This document shows, one piece after another, positions 35,019 through 37,034 of a DNA stretch of 37,034 nucleotides. Source of the DNA: Candidatus Poseidoniaceae archaeon. GTDB taxonomy: Archaea; Thermoplasmatota; Poseidoniia; Poseidoniales; Poseidoniaceae. The number at the start of each line of letters is the position of its first letter. The first letter of the stretch is position 1. A program made the position numbers and the translations under genes. The DNA is taken from contig JAPKCL010000001.1 of the NCBI GenBank assembly GCA_028822955.1, forward strand, positions 1 to 37,034. Direction: 5' to 3'. The notes beneath the pieces are model-generated. The model did no database searches, was not told where the DNA came from, and was given only the letters and a program-made list of their open reading frames with translations.

Positions 35019-37034
35019 ATGGACACACGTAGTTTCATGCCGAGCCTGTTGATGACCGCTTTACTTCTTGCTGCAATTGCCCCACTTAGCAGTGTGGCTG
35101 CTGCCCCTGCTGAAGCCTCTGAATTTTACTATGGTGTAGAATACGATTGGACCAGTCTCGACTCTGACTTGACCAACTTCACAGGTCTTGACTTGCCTGA
35201 AATGCTCGGAGAAGTGATGGGTGCTGCAGATGATGCAGGCTTCAATTTAATCGTCGGTCAACTCCTCACAGGGTCTTCAAACGTTTATGTCCATCATACT
35301 GAAGACATCACGCCCCAAACGATCCAGAACCTTACGGGTGACGATGTTAGCGTTTGGAGCCGAACCGACGAAGTAACGCTTCGACACGGCGTTCTCTCCG
35401 ATGGACTGCTTATGACCGATTGGCTCCAAGCAGCCTCGTTCGGCGGCACTGACACTTCCTTTGACATCGATGCGTCAACTACGGGTGAACAAGTGCTCAC
35501 TGTTGACATGGCTTACACCGAATACCTCGACGATGATTACAATCTCGTTGGCGCTGATATGGCCTTTTCAATGTCCTTCTCAATTGCCAATGACATTTCG
35601 TTTGAGGCTTTGTTTGAAGGCGGCGGCGAAGAACTTCCAATCGATTTCGATACTGGAATTTCTGTGTCCTACGGCATCACAGAATCCGCAACTCAGTGGC
35701 GCCTTGGCTCACCAAGCCCAATCTATGTGTCAATGTCTGCAAACGACTACACCTCTTGGTACTGCTTGGATGAATGGGACCTTGACATGGGTGCAGAATC
35801 TGGTAACAATGCTGGCAAGGTCGTTGATTTGTGCGGCGTAATTTCTGGAACCTACACTGGTGCCCTCGACTACGCATTCTCACTTTCAGGAATTCCAACC
35901 GAGGACATCGGTTTAGATGCTGGTGAATTGGACATCGAACTCTCCGACTCGATCACTGAATCTGGGACGTTTGAAGAAGACATTGACGGCACAGAAATAG
36001 AGTTCTCATTGGGCGACGATCTCATTGTCGACCTTGGCGACGGAGCAGGCCTTACGACAACCGTCGCAGCCTGCGGAGATTGCCCTCCTGGCAACCCCCT
36101 CATGTTTCTCATGATGGGTGAAGTGATTGGAGGAGCAAGTGAATCCTTTGCGGAATCTGTTGCTGAAGATGTCGCAGACGAACTCAGCGACAGCCTGATG
36201 GATCTTTTCGGCGAGGGTGACCAGAACTCAGAAGACGATTACGACAATACTGAAAACCAATGGCAATGCGATAGCGGTGACCAATGGGTCTACGAATGGG
36301 AAGTCAATGACGGCTCTGAAGATTGCTATGATGGCTCCGATGAAGCGGACATGTTCGGCTCATGGAGTGGTTATAGTGACAACATCACCATGAACGCAGA
36401 CATCAACGCCGACCTTCTGATGTTTGTCGAGAATGGCTCCACGTTCACTTGCAATGATGGAACTATACTTTCTTGGAAGCTGGTCCGTGATTATTCGAAC
36501 GATTGCGCAAGCAACGAAGATGAAGATAGCGGCCATGCCGAGGGTGACATGTTCGTTTGTAATGATGGAACTGAGATTCTATGGGACCAGATCAACAACT
36601 ATCAAGCCGACTGTGCAACAGCAGAAGACGAAGGCGCAACTAGCCATTATGTGGTGGAAACCGTCCTCTTCGATGATACTGGAACGCCGCTCTCGCAGCA
36701 GCAGAGCACCCTGTGTGATGCAAATGGATGCGACACGAACATGGATTGGTTCTATGGTTCAGTTCACTTCAACACTCAAACAGCTTCACCAACCACTTAC
36801 GGCTCCCATGAATACTGCGTCAGTGGATCAGTCAAGGATTCATCCGACGGAACTGAAATCATGAGATTCACCGAAATGTGCAATAAAATGGAGTTGGGGC
36901 CAGACTTCGGCAACTTCTGGATTGATAATGGAAACATGGAGGTTGCCATTTCAATGGACGTTTATGACTGGTCAAAACAATACGACGATGTGACCATGTC
37001 CGTCTCCATCGTTGATGCGAACAGCAACCAGGTG
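35019..37034 (+). CDS. Secreted acidic protein, 3'-truncated by the window end (at least 672 aa)
   Basis: I translated this manually and found an open frame from the ATG at 35019 to the end of the window with no stop. It is not in the ORF track. It has a signal-like N-terminus MDTRSFMPSLLMTALLLAAIAPLSSVAAAPA, is very D/E-rich, and carries Cys-containing repeats near the 3' end. Confidence 0.8.
   Translation, partial: MDTRSFMPSLLMTALLLAAIAPLSSVAAAPAEASEFYYGVEYDWTSLDSDLTNFTGLDLPEMLGEVMGAADDAGFNLIVGQLLTGSSNVYVHHTEDITPQTIQNLTGDDVSVWSRTDEVTLRHGVLSDGLLMTDWLQAASFGGTDTSFDIDASTTGEQVLTVDMAYTEYLDDDYNLVGADMAFSMSFSIANDISFEALFEGGGEELPIDFDTGISVSYGITESATQWRLGSPSPIYVSMSANDYTSWYCLDEWDLDMGAESGNNAGKVVDLCGVISGTYTGALDYAFSLSGIPTEDIGLDAGELDIELSDSITESGTFEEDIDGTEIEFSLGDDLIVDLGDGAGLTTTVAACGDCPPGNPLMFLMMGEVIGGASESFAESVAEDVADELSDSLMDLFGEGDQNSEDDYDNTENQWQCDSGDQWVYEWEVNDGSEDCYDGSDEADMFGSWSGYSDNITMNADINADLLMFVENGSTFTCNDGTILSWKLVRDYSNDCASNEDEDSGHAEGDMFVCNDGTEILWDQINNYQADCATAEDEGATSHYVVETVLFDDTGTPLSQQQSTLCDANGCDTNMDWFYGSVHFNTQTASPTTYGSHEYCVSGSVKDSSDGTEIMRFTEMCNKMELGPDFGNFWIDNGNMEVAISMDVYDWSKQYDDVTMSVSIVDANSNQV
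36264..36635 (+). repeat. Three tandem LDL-receptor class A-like Cys/acidic repeats (protein level)
   Basis: QCDSGDQWVYEWEVNDGSEDCYDGSDEAD, TCNDGTILSWKLVRDYSNDCASNEDEDSG and VCNDGTEILWDQINNYQADCATAEDEGA. Shared pattern: C-(N/D)-(D/S)-G-x3-5-W-x5-6-(D/Y)-x2-DC-x3-5-(E/D)DE. Confidence 0.6.

Noticed and set aside
36424-36864. 146-aa plus-strand ORF in the supplied track near the window end.
   Set aside because: It is out of frame with the 2-kb open frame starting at 35019. That longer frame has a signal peptide and repeat structure, so the 146-aa ORF is an embedded alternative-frame artefact.
1-37034. Mobile elements, CRISPR arrays, prophage or known defence-island signatures.
   Set aside because: I saw no transposase, integrase or recombinase-like ORFs, no terminal inverted repeats, no regularly spaced direct repeats, and no tRNA integration targets. 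Recognised defence-system genes (Cas, restriction-modification and similar) were not evident from motifs.

Overview
The window looks like an archaeal chromosomal segment. The markers are the DNA polymerase D large subunit, an archaeal-type uS13-uS4-uS11-Rpo3/RpoD cluster, a stand-alone GMP synthase glutamine amidotransferase subunit, and a Pcc1-like small protein. Many bacterial-type metabolic genes are mixed in, along with very large acidic surface and membrane proteins rich in N-x-S/T sequons. This pattern suggests a marine planktonic euryarchaeote (Thermoplasmatota / Marine Group II-like), but that is inference only. Coding density is high, with about 32 CDS. GGAGGTG-like Shine-Dalgarno motifs and ATGA stop/start overlaps are common. 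I found no rRNA, tRNA, CRISPR array, transposase or integrase. Housekeeping calls with clear motifs are pckA (ATP type), isochorismatase-family hydrolase, Xi-class GST, PolD DP2, pyrE, SAM methyltransferase, rps13/rps4/rps11/rpoD, cyclophilin, fumC, SPFH/band-7 protein, hflX, xth, an FAD oxidoreductase and the guaA GATase subunit. The most interesting locus is a five-gene, translationally coupled minus-strand operon at 7445-11555. It encodes a His-rich membrane protein, a FabH/KAS III-like condensing enzyme, a heme-oxygenase-like putative diiron protein, an orphan 307-aa protein and a Delta9-type membrane desaturase. This is a candidate fatty-acyl or alkyl metabolite pathway in an archaeal setting. 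Other notable items are a 47-aa ribbon-helix-helix ORF absent from the supplied ORF track and embedded in an SPFH/small-membrane-protein operon, a 1303-aa polytopic membrane protein, a 1239-aa modular surface protein, and a 3'-truncated secreted protein with LDL-receptor class A-like Cys/acidic repeats. All functional calls rest on motif recognition by eye. No database search was run.
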